A stretch of DNA of 63,733 nucleotides, filler included, from Chrysochromulina tobinii (Eukaryota): assembly GCA_001275005.1 (NCBI GenBank). It is 9 parts of 9 records of this genome, joined end to end, with 100 filler letters (N's around TTAATTAATTAA, not from the genome) between each part and the next. Parts side by side here need not be neighbours in the genome. Positions count along the whole stretch, not along the records: positions 27,434 to 45,658 come from JWZX01000618.1; 8 more parts are not named here. One strand, given 5' to 3'. How positions within the stretch are numbered: the first letter of the stretch is position 1; every line of letters begins with the position of its first letter. Below are positions 30,901 to 41,756 of this stretch, one piece after another. The position numbers and the translations under genes were made by a program. The notes below the pieces were generated by a model that saw nothing but the letters and a program-made list of their open reading frames with translations, ran no database searches and was not told where the DNA came from.

Positions 30901-32258
30901 GATCTCTGAACACGGCACTCGTCGAGGACCAGCCCCACGCCCTCGGCGCTGTCGTGGGCGCGCCGCCGCTCACGGCCGAGTCGTCGTTCGTAACGGTCGT
31001 GGGCGTGAGCCCCAAACGGCGCCCGGCGCGCGCCGAGGCGAAGCAGGCGGTGCGCGGCCCCTCGGAGGCCGCCGGTGGTGCGCATGCCCTCCCTGCGGTC
31101 GCGGCGGGCACGGACGTCATGGACGAGGAAGCGAGCGCGGCGCAGGCGGTGCGTGCCTTCGAGCGCTGCCTGCAGCCGAGCGCGCGCGCGCCCGGCACGG
31201 CGCTCCTCGACGCGTACGACCTGGCGATCGTGGTCGACTGCCACGAGAAGCTCTCCAACGCCGAGAGGGCCGGGGCGCTCGTCAGTCGGCTGCAGGGGCA
31301 AGGCCTCAACGCCTTGAGCCGCCAGCTGCCCGTGGGTGACTTTCTCGTCGTCGCACTCCCCAAGCCAACTGGTAAGCCCACCAGCGGTCAGCCCGCTGGT
31401 AAGCCCGCTGGTGGAACCGCAGCTCGACCAGCATGCAAGTGCTCACCACGGCGCCTTGCCCCCTTCCCCACAGGTGTGAATACCGCTGGTGGAACCGCAG
31501 CTCGAGGCGCCGACGGCGTCGGCAGCAGCAGCGCCGGCAGCGGCTCGAGCGGCGGCGCCGGCGGCTCGAGCACGGAGTGGCTCGTGCTTGATACGGTCGT
31601 CGAGCGCAAGGTGCTGTGCGACTTCCTGTCGACCATCAAGTCGAAGCGCCACTACCACTCGCAAAAAGTGAGGCTACAGAGGTGCGGGCTGAACCGCGCG
31701 ATCTATCTCGTCGAAGGGCAGCTCGAGAGGTGGCCCCATGTCGCCGAGCGTCAGCGGATGGCACACGAGCTCGCCACGATCGAGATGGCCGACCGGCTGC
31801 TCGTGCACGTGAGCCGCTCGACCGACGATACGATACGCTTCCTGCGCGCGGCGGTCGAGCGGCTGCAACGGACGATCGGTGGTCGGGATGCAGCCGAGCT
31901 GCGCTGTGCCGGGCTGCTCAAAACCTATGAGGAGTTCGAGACGGCGACCAATCCGCCGGAGCTCGTCTCAGCTGCATTCGGGCGTATGCTACTCAACCTG
32001 CATGGCCTCTCGCCCCCGATGATCGCCAACGTGCTCGCAAAGTACCCGTCGCCTCGCGCGCTCGCGGAGGCCATGGAGTGCCACGAGCGTGCGTGCGTGG
32101 CGCGGGGCCTTCCCTCGGCCCACGCGCGTTGGCTGCTCGCAGATGACCTTGTGCCCGGCAAGCGCCGTCGCAAACTGAGCGAGACCATCACAGACTTTGT
32201 GATGGCTGAGGAGTACCCAACGCCGCCGGCGCCGCCGGCGTCGCAGACGCAGATCTGA
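27951..32258 (+). CDS. MUS81: MUS81-type structure-specific endonuclease (WGR-like, winged-helix, ERCC4 nuclease, HhH); probable in-frame intron 31399 (or 31372)-31473; start may be 28023
   Basis: ERCC4 motifs IVVDCHE, RQLPVGDF, VVERKVLCDF, SQKVRL and IYLVEG. HhH-like FGRMLLNLHGLS...YPSPRAL. Winged-helix-like SILVALY...LKTLLKNELI. Confidence 0.85.
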   Translation: MTPGRAPCFARRQQAQTFRRAAKSMAAHPTPITCKAEALAVKFVGEKIGEALGDYLAFERGQLLADVRTVARLRHDAEGKWWSVRVCAGMAWRSWGKLANGAEQPGMDNWEHCHDGAAALAWAVEKATKQLKKGYAHGVGSDAQYAAACAEVPTAPPRGRRAGAAMAAAAPSAAPAPAAPAPARATSSGSKPPTLVAWDSDADAADTDSVAAPSAAPSTTMTAEEAEEAEEAEEAAEAEDPLLDNDGAEKEGEVRKRVYHPKLTNPRGEVAAAPSILVALYRAGAIGTGSLHALSTAELLGRAQKLCPAIGLTATSLGGNGRARGGRGGAGRGGGGGRGVHRGAGTGALKTLLKNELIVMRKEGHTHVYSLLTTPSALAPSRQQPGSELAATLDVEMHAREEEERRSHGRHVHGPTLGGGGYVPPPWAPAYWPDGAGGYVLAQIPLPATAPPPDVASTLKAAGYPVPIASGFSFFGPRVVPLTDAAAAAAGLPDATAAASAAAAAAAAADATGSLYARLARATAQHDDEHGDGYGEDDDEDGSSCSHAGEMYGADDEDRRMRRALALSRAQRRGQAGAASRALCRARTGAVAGTSAGGASTSSSGGGGVAPLVTATGPQPRPQQRPQPRSHAEYPALPREVYDLTSPSPTAALARPSLPRVVPGVSDALANAVVNLEDEDGAHDDAGLEAGRTTTMPTTTLQAPFTAGSHSHAPPRHDWGAVLAAVAPPRQDWGAVLAAVAPREHCVVQQQPTERNTRRTLEASIDEPEEADEADEGAVAEESAAAPPWDDDDLDWSCDAGMSGRPSDSWPAPADESPGAAGGGEAAPRRASGAPALAPALAPALAPGAGADAAADADAAAGADAAAGADAAAGALLDDDLDWCCGAEMMVDDEDEAEDEAEDEDRAEEAAGPARRSSVARHRAPGGAREAGRACKLSRGPSSTDIGAAARAASAAASASSAASRELDAVSICSTETDEDGENRSLNTALVEDQPHALGAVVGAPPLTAESSFVTVVGVSPKRRPARAEAKQAVRGPSEAAGGAHALPAVAAGTDVMDEEASAAQAVRAFERCLQPSARAPGTALLDAYDLAIVVDCHEKLSNAERAGALVSRLQGQGLNALSRQLPVGDFLVVALPKPTGKPTSGQPAGKPAGGTAARPACKCSPRRLAPFPTGVNTAGGTAARGADGVGSSSAGSGSSGGAGGSSTEWLVLDTVVERKVLCDFLSTIKSKRHYHSQKVRLQRCGLNRAIYLVEGQLERWPHVAERQRMAHELATIEMADRLLVHVSRSTDDTIRFLRAAVERLQRTIGGRDAAELRCAGLLKTYEEFETATNPPELVSAAFGRMLLNLHGLSPPMIANVLAKYPSPRALAEAMECHERACVARGLPSAHARWLLADDLVPGKRRRKLSETITDFVMAEEYPTPPAPPASQTQI

Positions 32259-33079
32259 CAGCAACCAGCAGAGCGTCCATACGCGCACCCGGGCCTGACG
32301 AAACCAAGCTGGCAAGGCAGAACGCACAGGCATACTCGATGGAATACGTGTTTTACGGGGTGGCGCGTGCGGAGTGACCCCCCCTGCGATGGGCTATGGC
32401 CAATGCTATTTTGCGGACTATACGTATGAATCCGACGCTTATCCGACGCTGCCTGACGCACAGCACACGCGCTGCATGACGCTGAACACAGCCCCTTCGT
32501 CCCTTTAGTATTTCTGTGTATTTATAACGTAATTTAAGACAAAGCGGGGTGAGTGTGATCACTGATCTCAGATCAACCGATCTCAGAACTGTCATCTGAG
32601 ATGTGATCTGTGAAGACCGCGGCCGGGGCGCGACCGAGATCTCCACGTCTCGCAGACGTCTCGTGACCGGACTCTCGCTGTCGGAACGCGACCGCCACGC
32701 CTGGTGCTCGTTGCTCCTTCGTATTTGGCCGGCCGGCCATTTTTCTCTTTGGGGGGTCACCAGACACCGCCCTTACACCGCCCAGCGCGTCCCTCGTCCG
32801 TCGTAAGTCGCGTCGTAAGTCGCGTCTCGTCCCCCGAGCCCCGACACGTCGGCGCGGTCGCCCTCCCTCGTCCCGAGTGCACGGGTCACGCTGCACTCTC
32901 TATTGGTTGTCTCTCCGCTCTCCGTCTGCATGTGTCTCGTTTCGTTGGTCCTGTGCGGCTCTTGGTGGACCTGTGAATATGGTGGTAGTGTGAACGCGGG
33001 CGTCTTCGCGCGAAGAGGTATCGAGATGCCCGACTCCTATTGCGCGTCAATAGCCAACCTCTCTTGTGACAATAGCTGA

Positions 33080-36000
33080 ATGGTGGAAAAGAGCCAGATC
33101 GCCGATAGGAAGTTGCGGCTCCTTGCAGAGGAGCAGCGGCAAAGAATAAGCACCGACGCAATAATCGACGGTCAGCGCTCCAAGTCGAAGCAGTTGCAAG
33201 GTGAGCGCGGGCGCAAGGAGCGCGAGCAGCGCGTACAGGCCAATCACGATCAGATCGCTTCACTCTTGCTGCTCAAGCTCCACACTGAGGTGAGAGGTGA
33301 GGGCGTCGACCTTTCTGGCTGGACGGTGACCTTTGACATCGAGCGGATCACCGGCCATCCAGAGGGTGAGCGCACTGGCCAGCCTCTCAATACCCGCGAC
33401 AAGAGCGTTCGCTACATCTCGCCCGAGGGTCGCGCCTTCAAGACGCGAGAGGCCGTCGCCGAGCACCTTGGCGTGGCCAGAGAGGAGGAGCCGGAGGCTG
33501 AGGAGACGGAGGGCTCCTCCAAGGACGCGAAGCCTTCTAAGGACGCGAGGCCCGTCAAGGAGCCGCCGCCCGTTGAGGTGGCGGGAGAGTTGGCCTTCGA
33601 GGTGGACCGGCTGCTCGATGTGCGCCGGGGCGAGAACGGCAAGCGCGAGTTCCTCGTCCGGTGGGTCGGGTACGGCAGCGCGGATGACTCGTGGGAGCCC
33701 GAGGTGGGATTCCTAGACCGTGAACCCATAGTACTCTTCGAGGCGAAACGACCGATGCTCAGGCCGCGTGTCGAGACGATCTGGCGTCGTGAGCAGCGGC
33801 GGGGCCCGGAGCATCAGGCGGAGCTGCCAGACTGGCACGGGCCGGCGCGTCTGCTGCGTGCGCCACGCTCGGCGCGCGCGACTCGATCGCCCGCGGGCGC
33901 CGAGCCAGCGAAAGCCGAACCAACGACAGGCAATGCATGCAGCCGGCGCGGGACCGGCGTGCACGTCGACGGTGCGCAGCAGAGTGCGGCACTGCTCACC
34001 GCGGCCGCGTACGGGCCGCTCTCGCCGCTGTGCTTCGTCGCGCCGGCGGGCGGCTGCGACCTGGGGCTCTTTGCACGCGTCCACCTGCCTGCGGGCACGC
34101 CCGTGGCTGAATATGCAGGCCCGGTACTGCCGCGCGAGTGGCAGCAGCAGTCGGGGTATAACCTAGGCATCCCGAGCGGTAACGGCGGCGTGGGCAGCCC
34201 GGAGAGCCCGTGGTTCATTGACGGCGACTCGAGTCAAGCTCCGTTCCCTTGGGAGCAGCGCTCTCTCGGCCCGTATGCCAACCACTCCAGTGTGGCGCCG
34301 AACGCTGCGTATGTTTGGAGGGTCGCCGAGAAGCGCGTGCCGCATGCGCTGGCAGGGTCTCTGTGGATCGTAGCCACGGAGCCTATCCCGGCAGGCGCTG
34401 AGGTGCGCTCGGCCCCTGGCTGACTCTCCCCGAGCGCTTATCTCGGCGCATATCTCGGCCCCTGGTTGACACTCCCCGAGCGCTTATCTCGGCGCATATC
34501 TCGGCCCCTGGCTGACTCTCCCATCGCCTTCCGTGCCCCGTCCGATCACCTCTTCGATGACTCTTTCTGACAGGTACGCGTGAACTACGAGGCTGAGGGA
34601 CGCGAGGGACAGTACTGGAAGGCTCTCGGGCTCGCGCCTTCCGAGGGCTCGTGGAAGGCGCGCCGGCTGCCGCGGCTGCCACCGGCGGGCCTCGGGCTCG
34701 ATGACGTGCACGGCGCCGCGGACGTGCCACCCCCCCTTCCATGGGAGGGGGAGCGGGGAGGCGACGCGCGTCTTCGCCATTTGGTGCCTTGGCTCGCGCC
34801 GCACTGCACTACGAAATCGGGCGCGCTTCGCGCCGAGTTCTTCGGTGTGATTGCGACGCACGTTCCCTCGCGCACAGGCCTCGAATGCTACTACCGATGG
34901 TGCCAGCTCGTGCGCGAGGGAGAGACAGAGCAGAGAGGGGCTCAGGCGCGCGCGCCGCTCCCAGGCACGCGCGCACCCACCCGCCGAAAAGCGCCACCCG
35001 ACAATTGGCAGTGGCTGTTCGAGGGCGACACGATCGAGGTCGAGGTGGCACATCCACAGATCGAGGACGAGGTGGCGTGGATCAAGGCCAAGGTGCTTAC
35101 CGTCCTCGCCGACGGCACCTTCCAGGCACGCATCGTGCTGCCCGATGGATCGGACCAGTGGGAAGACTGGTTCTCGTGGCAGGAGGAGGGCACTGACTGG
35201 CGCCGGCCTGCCGAGGCCGAGGCCTCCACCACGGCCTCGGGCGGGGAGGAGGGCAGCAGCGAGGAGGGTGGCGGTGGCTTCTCTCTGGACCGGCTCTTGC
35301 CCGCCGCGGGCGCGTGCTTTTGTGGAACGAAACGCCACTTGCCCTCCTCCGGACTTCACTGGAATGGCGTGTGGCTCACCTGCGACGGCTGCGGCCGGCG
35401 CGTTCACGGCGACTGTGCCAGCATCGATTGCGAGCCGAGTGCGGGCGCGGCGCCGTATCGGTGCCCAGACTGCCCAGTTGGCTCCGGCGGCGGGGCGGCC
35501 AAGCGCTCGGTCAAGGTGCCGGTCAGTCTCACTGCGATGACGGGCCGGCACAGCCTCGCGCTAGGCGAGCGCATCCTTGTGGAATACGCCGGGGTCGTCG
35601 CGCGCCTGCATGGCGAGTGGTTTGGCGGCTGGGTGGCCGCGGTCTATGAAGACGGCACGTGCGACGTGCACTACCTCGATGGCGACAAGGAAGCGCGCGT
35701 GCCACGGAACCGCGTGCGCATCTTCGTTTGCGCGGAGACGGCGGAGCGCGCGATGGCGCGCGAGGCCATTCGCGAGCAGGCGGCCGCGGCCAAAGCGGCC
35801 GCCGCGGCCGAGCGCAGTGCCCTCAAGGAGGCGGCAAAGGAGGCGGCGGCCGCGGCGCGCGCGGCCGCCAAGGCCGAGCGTGATGCCGCGAAGGCCGCGA
35901 TGAAAGAGGCGGTTCGGCAGACGCGTGAGGCAGAGGCGATGGCGTCCGCCAAGTGGGTGGTCCTCGCCGAACTGCTCCCGTCTTGGAAGCTCGAGGGCAA

Positions 36001-36442
36001 GCGGATCCAGCCGGGCGATCGCGTCCAGGGCAAGTACCAGGGGCAGATAGGTGGTCTGAACTGGTTCGACGGCGAGGTGAGGGCGGTGCACGAGGACGGC
36101 ACGTGCGATCTGCACTATGACGATGGCGACTTCGAGGAGCGCGTGGGGCCGCGCTGGATCAAGGTGACCGCCACGGGCGCAGAGCAAGCGGCAGCCAAGG
36201 CAGAGCGCGCAGCACAGCAAGCTGCTGCCGCCGAGGCGTGCAACCCCACTGTGGCCAAGGGCACGGGCAAGGGCACGAGCAAGCGACCGGCAGCGAAGTC
36301 TGAGACGAGCGACGAGCCCAACGACGACGCCGCCCTCAAGCGGCTGCGCTCGCAAGCGACGGTGGGAAGTGGCGGCAGCTCGAGCTCATCTCCAGCCTCG
36401 GAGATCAACCAGGTGACGGTCGGGGCGTGCAGCCTCGTCTGA
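33080..36442 (+). CDS. Multidomain chromatin protein: MBD-like, chromo, ELM2-like, SET, SANT, Tudor/Agenet, PHD and two Tudor domains; intron 34403-34573
   Basis: MBD: YISPEGRAFKTREAVAEHL. Chromo: FEVDRLLD...FLVRWVGYG..DDSWEP. ELM2: GPEHQAELP. SET: LGLFA...AEYAG, YANHS and IPAGAE|VRVNY. SANT: IATHVPSRTGLECYYRW. PHD: CFC...CDGC...HGDC...CPDC. Tudor: two DGTCD.HY.DGD.E motifs. Confidence 0.85.
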
Positions 36443-36766
36443 GCCGGCGCGCCGCCAGGGGTGCGAGGCGAGCGGCGATTCGAGAGGTTGACCATCGCGC
36501 CGACCTCTTGAACTACGGGGATGGATTTGGTTGCGCCAACCGCCGATGGCACGGACGCGCCGAGCGAAGCACAATACGGATCGGGCTTAGACGTAAGTCG
36601 TGCGGTGCATGTGCCTGTGCGCGCTGCGCGGCACTCTCCTGTGCGCGCTGCGCTGGGCCTGAGAGACGCCTGTGCGCGCTGCGCTGCGGCGTGACGCTCA
36701 TTCACCTCACGAACGTGCAGAGGTCGAAGAGCGGCTTATATTTAATATTTTAAATAGCGCGGCCGC

Positions 36767-36934
36767 TCATTTTCCTTTCTTCTTGGCCCCCTTACCCGCT
36801 TTCTTCTCTGCCTCCATTTTCCTTTCCTCAGCATTCGCCGCCAGCAGCCGTGCTATTGCCCTCTCGTTTGCGGTCGGGCTCCTTGCTAGGGGTTCTAGTT
36901 TGGTTCCTGCTGCTGGGGCCTCAGGTGCTATGGT

Positions 36935-37005
<71 letters not shown>

Positions 37006-37837
37006 GTAGGGCCTCTGCTGGGATCAAATCGCCCTCCTTCTTCGTGCCTCCTTTTTTCTTTTTCGACTTGCCTGAGACCGACCGGTCAGTCGATCCTCCA
37101 GGGGTCATCTGGCGTTCATGAGCTGAGCGATCCGTCTCCGGTGGCTCCTCACCAGCTTCCCGCGCCGCGATACGAATTTTGAGTTTTGAATTGTCGGCCT
37201 TGAGCATCTCGCAGAGCATACCGCAGAGATCATTCCCCTCGTACATGCCAATCATGTACTCCTTGCGCGTCTCGGCATCCTTCTCGTTGACAATCTCCAT
37301 GGCCAGCTGGAACGGCGTTTTGTTCGCGGGCGGCAACTTGCGGTCAATCTCTGCACCATACTGAATGCACAGCTTCGCGATTCCCAGATTCTTCTTTTTG
37401 AGCGCGGCTTGCACGCTGGTGCTGCCGTCCTTGCGCGACAGATTCACGTCGGCGCCGGCCTCGAGGAGCAGGTGCACGCACTCGGCATTATTTTTAGAGC
37501 ACGCAATGTAGAGGGGCGATCCGCCATCCTGCGAGTTTGGTATGTTCAAGTCGGCCTTCTTTGCGATCAGCAGCTTCAAGCAGTCTGGTTTGTTCTCCTG
37601 GCACGTGAAGAAGGTTGGCGTGATGCCGTGCTTGCCCGCGAGGTTCGCATCCGCCCCGAAGTTGAGCAGCGCATCGACGCAGGGTGTGTGCCCGTAGCAG
37701 CACGCCATCAGCAGCGGCGTGGTTCCATCGTCATCTGCGTCGTTCACATGCATGAGGCCCTCACCCTCTAGGATGGCCGTGAGCTCATCGATACTGCCAT
37801 GCCTCGCAGCCGCACGGAGTTGCTGCGAGAGCACCAT
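36767..37837 (-). CDS. Ankyrin-repeat protein with a poly-Ala tract and Lys-rich tail
   Basis: Repeats GTTPLLMACCYGH, GITPTFFTCQEN, GGSPLYIACSKN and LLEAGADVN. Confidence 0.9.
36937..37005. repeat. (CTG)n microsatellite of 23 triplets with one interruption, encoding poly-Ala on the minus strand
   Basis: Seen directly. Confidence 0.95.
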
Positions 37838-38210
37838 GATCCCTTCACACGCAAGTTACGAAACTTTAAGTTTCCAAATTCTCAAACTACTGTAGAGCTC
37901 AACTCAAAGTCGTACAGTAATCTGACGCACAGTACATTGTACGCCCGACTTATATACAGTTGTACAGCTTCTTTCGCGCGCTCACGTCCGTGCCCGTATC
38001 CGATCGCCCCGGTCTCCGTCTCCGTCTCTCCGATCGCGCCGGGCGGCACACAGCCTTGCCTTGCCAGGCTCCACTCACTCCACACCGCATCATAGACGCC
38101 TTGTGCGGGCCCATGCAGGCTCTCTCTTTCTCGTCTCAGCACTCAAGGATTGAGCTGCTGCTCGTCTCAGGATCGAACCTCGAAGAGCAACAGCAATGCC
38201 ACGCACCTAT

Positions 38211-41200
38211 TCAGGCGGCGGCACCCTTGGGCCGTGGGTCCTTCATCTTTGTGATGGTCGGCATCCTCTTGGACTTCTCTTCGAGCCGTTGCATGAGGAA
38301 GGGGTGCATGTCCTGCGGCGTGATGAAGAGGAACTGGCGGCCCGGCTGCGAGTCGCACAGTTCAAGCAGCGTCTCGACCGCCTGCTTGCGGTACGTGTCG
38401 TCCATGAAGACGTCAAACTCATCGAGCACGCGGAAGGGCGTCGCACAAAACTCCCACATGGCAAGCTCGAAGGCGAGCGTTGTGAAGGAGCGCTCGCCGC
38501 CACTCAGGTTACGCGCGTCCTGCGTGGCCGCCGAGTCGACGTCTTGTGAGTTGCGCTTCACCTCCAGGCGCAGTGTCTCGTTTTGGTGGTCGAACATCAG
38601 CTCTCCCGCGTGGTTCTTGCGTGAGAGGCGCCGATTGAATTCGCTCGAGGCCATCTTCCCGCGTGCCTTCGCCTCCTTCCTGTAGTGCGACTTGCGCTCC
38701 TTGAACGCCTCCTCCTCCTTCTCGCCAATCTGCCTGACCATCTCGATGCCATCGCGCCCCTCGGTCGCAAGCTTGGCGGCGATTTCCGCCGCCTTGGCGA
38801 GCGCCTCGATCGACTTCCCCCCCGTCTTCGCCTCCTCCTTTTTCTGCTTCGCCTCGAGCGCGAGCTTCTCCCGCTTGAGGGTGTCCACATCGCGCTGCTG
38901 CGGGTCGTGAATGCGCTCGCCGTACGTCTGCTCAACCATCGGAATCACACTGGCGATGTACTCGCGCCTCTCCACGCACTCCTTCTCCAGCTGCTTCTTC
39001 TCCTTCTCCGCTTCGCTGAGCACCTTGCGCACCTGCGACATCGTGTGCTTCGACTTAGTGAGTGGTGCCTGCGCCTTCTCCACCGCGGCTTGCATCTGAG
39101 CCACGTGCTCAGCCATCTGGCGGTGCTGTTCCTCGTTGCTCGTATTCTTCTCCTTGAGAGGCTGGAACGTGGCCTCTGCCTCGGCGTAGCGCTGGGTGCC
39201 CTGGGCGAGCATCTGCTCGTACGTCTCGACAGCCTGCTGCGCCGCGTTGCGCTGGGTGAGGAATTGCTGGATCTCGGTCATCACCGACGACTCGACGGTC
39301 TCGCTCTGAAGCGTCGTCAGCTGATCTTCGATCTGGCTCAATATCTCTCTCGCTTTCTCATAGCCTTTGCGCGTGCCGAGCTCCTTCTTCTCCGCCTCCT
39401 TGCGCGCCTTGTCGGCCGCGCTCGCCGCGTGCTGCAGCCGCTGCGCCTCCTGCTTGGCCGCGTGCAGTTCCGCTTCGAGCTGCTTCTTCGCAGATGCTTG
39501 GTCGCGCGTGAACTTTTGGCCGTTCGAACCTCTCAGAGTCTCGGCTCCCGTCGTCTTGCCTTTGCGGAAGAAACGACGACCAGGCTGCCCGTACTGCGCC
39601 GCAAACACGCCCTCGACCTGAGGCTGGGCCGACGCGTAGGTGACGCGCTCCGCCGTCGAGATGTCGTTGAAGAGCAGCTTGAATTCGGCCCTGCAGCTGT
39701 CGAGCAAGTGGTTGTACACCATGTCCGAGTCCGCCTTCGTCTTGCACGTGATCTCGATCGCATCGATCAGCGTCGGCGCCTCGGGTGCTGCGGCCAGCGC
39801 ACCGTCCGACAAGCTACTCGCACCAGCTGACGAGCGACGACCACGCTCTCGCTTCACCGCCGGCTCAGCCGCATCTCCGCCCGCCGCCGTCTCGTCCCCG
39901 TCCGCGCCCGCAGCGCCCGCAGCCTTCGACGGGTCGTCTCGTATCAGCGTGTAGCGCGGCTCAGGCTTGCGAATCGTGACCTGAGTCACGTTGTCGAGGG
40001 GTGGGACATTCCTGAGGCTAGGGAGCTCCTTGAGGATCGAGCGCAGCTTGATCTCGTCGTCCTTGCACGACACAATCCACGTGAGCATCATTTTATGACC
40101 GACGGCCATTTCGACGGCAGGGCCGAGGGTAGCCTCGAACTCGGGCTTGACGGACATGTGCAGGCCGAGCGGCCCTAGCGGCGGCGCAGCGAATTGGCCG
40201 CGCCGTTGCTCCAGCCGCTGCAGCAGCTCCTTCATCGACGGATGGAGCATCAGCTCGCGGTCGAAGCCAGACTTCTTCATGGCGCTCAGCGACTGCTCCT
40301 TTGCGGCCACCTCTTCCTGGGCCGCCTCGAAGGCCGCGGCGGCCTCACGCCACGCTTCGATGGCCGCATTGTACGCCATCTTAGACGCATGGATGTGCTC
40401 GGCGAGCTCCTTCTCCGACTTGTCGGCGGCGTTGCGCTGCTCCTCGAGAGTGTGCACCTTGCGCATCAGCTCCTTCTCCCTCTTGTTCGTCGTGCCTTCG
40501 ACTGCAGCCATCGCGTTGTCGTACTCGCTCGCGTAGTGCGCCGCGTCCTGACGCTTCTCCTCGAGCTGCTCGCGCAGCACGTCGAGCTCCTTCTTGGCAC
40601 TCCTCATCTCCTTGAGAGCCTTCTTGGCCCGCTCGTGGTGCTGCTGCGCCTTGTTCCCAAACTGCTCGAGCTCCTTGCTCGACGCCTGGAACTTCTTCTC
40701 AGCGATCGCCAACTCCTCCTCGAGGTCTCGGCGCTTCTCGTCAGCCTCGAAGGTCGAGTCCTTCGCCTGCTGCTCCCTCTCGATCGCGGCGCGCATTGCC
40801 GCCTGCTTCTGCTCGAGCTCGCGCTCCTTTTCGCTCACGAGCGCCCAGCCGAGCATCGTCTCGTGCAGGTCGATCTGCTTCTGGATCTCCTTGAGCTTCT
40901 TGGCCCCTTCATAGTCGGCCTGCGCCTTGCGTGCGATCTCCTCCTTCTCGCTCATCTGCTCCGTGGCACGCTCGAGCTTCTCCTTCAGGTGCTTCACGTT
41001 CTGCTCCGTCTGCAGCAGGTCGTGCTGCCGACTCTCCAGGTTTGCCGCCTGCAAGAAGAAGCGGTACCTGTCCGCTTCGTTGCCTTGGTGCAGGAACTTT
41101 TTCGCGTGCTCTTGCGTGAGTAGCGCACACGGGTTGTCGGCCTGGATGTTGAAGTGCTGGCAGAGCTCGGCAAATTCCGCGTGCGTCGAGCGGCGTGCAG

Positions 41201-41756
41201 TGCCGTCGGGGCCGTCCTTGAGCTTGTACGAGCCCGCGCCCGTGCGCTCGAGCCGCCGTTCGGCAACAATAGTGTCACCAAACTCGTCCGCCTTCCACGG
41301 GTCCTCGCCGCCGTTGGCAAGGTGCACCGAGATCAGCGCATAGTCTGCGCCGTGCTTGATCAGGCTTTTGGCCGAGTTCGTGTTGCGCCCAGTGGCGCTC
41401 GCGCGGTGGCCGAAGCCCGCAATGAGAGCGTTTACGATCGCCGACTTTCCAGAGCCATTCTTGCCGATGATGAAGTTGACGTGCGGGTCGAAGTCGATGC
41501 GCAGGTGCGTGTGATTCATGAAGTTCTGAAGCTCGAGCGCTCGCAGCACGCCGTTTTCGAAGTCTTGCACGGCTGCACCGCGCCCCGCCTTCTTCGCCTT
41601 CTTCGCCTTCTTGGCTGGGTGCGGCTGCTCCTCGGCATCATTAAGCTCCTGCGAGACGTTCGGCTTGTACTCAACGTCGTCCTCCGCCATCAGGACGTCA
41701 TCCGTGTCCGCCGACGATGTCGCGCGTGCGGTCGAGCGTTTGGCCTTGGGCATCAT
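38211..41756 (-). CDS. SMC6: Structural maintenance of chromosomes protein 6, intronless
   Basis: LQNFMNH, Walker A GKNGSGKS, long coiled coils, hinge PPLGPLG, signature LSGGERSF and SMC6-type PFRVLDEFDVFMD and FLFITPQ. Confidence 0.95.
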   Translation of the reverse strand: MMPKAKRSTARATSSADTDDVLMAEDDVEYKPNVSQELNDAEEQPHPAKKAKKAKKAGRGAAVQDFENGVLRALELQNFMNHTHLRIDFDPHVNFIIGKNGSGKSAIVNALIAGFGHRASATGRNTNSAKSLIKHGADYALISVHLANGGEDPWKADEFGDTIVAERRLERTGAGSYKLKDGPDGTARRSTHAEFAELCQHFNIQADNPCALLTQEHAKKFLHQGNEADRYRFFLQAANLESRQHDLLQTEQNVKHLKEKLERATEQMSEKEEIARKAQADYEGAKKLKEIQKQIDLHETMLGWALVSEKERELEQKQAAMRAAIEREQQAKDSTFEADEKRRDLEEELAIAEKKFQASSKELEQFGNKAQQHHERAKKALKEMRSAKKELDVLREQLEEKRQDAAHYASEYDNAMAAVEGTTNKREKELMRKVHTLEEQRNAADKSEKELAEHIHASKMAYNAAIEAWREAAAAFEAAQEEVAAKEQSLSAMKKSGFDRELMLHPSMKELLQRLEQRRGQFAAPPLGPLGLHMSVKPEFEATLGPAVEMAVGHKMMLTWIVSCKDDEIKLRSILKELPSLRNVPPLDNVTQVTIRKPEPRYTLIRDDPSKAAGAAGADGDETAAGGDAAEPAVKRERGRRSSAGASSLSDGALAAAPEAPTLIDAIEITCKTKADSDMVYNHLLDSCRAEFKLLFNDISTAERVTYASAQPQVEGVFAAQYGQPGRRFFRKGKTTGAETLRGSNGQKFTRDQASAKKQLEAELHAAKQEAQRLQHAASAADKARKEAEKKELGTRKGYEKAREILSQIEDQLTTLQSETVESSVMTEIQQFLTQRNAAQQAVETYEQMLAQGTQRYAEAEATFQPLKEKNTSNEEQHRQMAEHVAQMQAAVEKAQAPLTKSKHTMSQVRKVLSEAEKEKKQLEKECVERREYIASVIPMVEQTYGERIHDPQQRDVDTLKREKLALEAKQKKEEAKTGGKSIEALAKAAEIAAKLATEGRDGIEMVRQIGEKEEEAFKERKSHYRKEAKARGKMASSEFNRRLSRKNHAGELMFDHQNETLRLEVKRNSQDVDSAATQDARNLSGGERSFTTLAFELAMWEFCATPFRVLDEFDVFMDDTYRKQAVETLLELCDSQPGRQFLFITPQDMHPFLMQRLEEKSKRMPTITKMKDPRPKGAAA

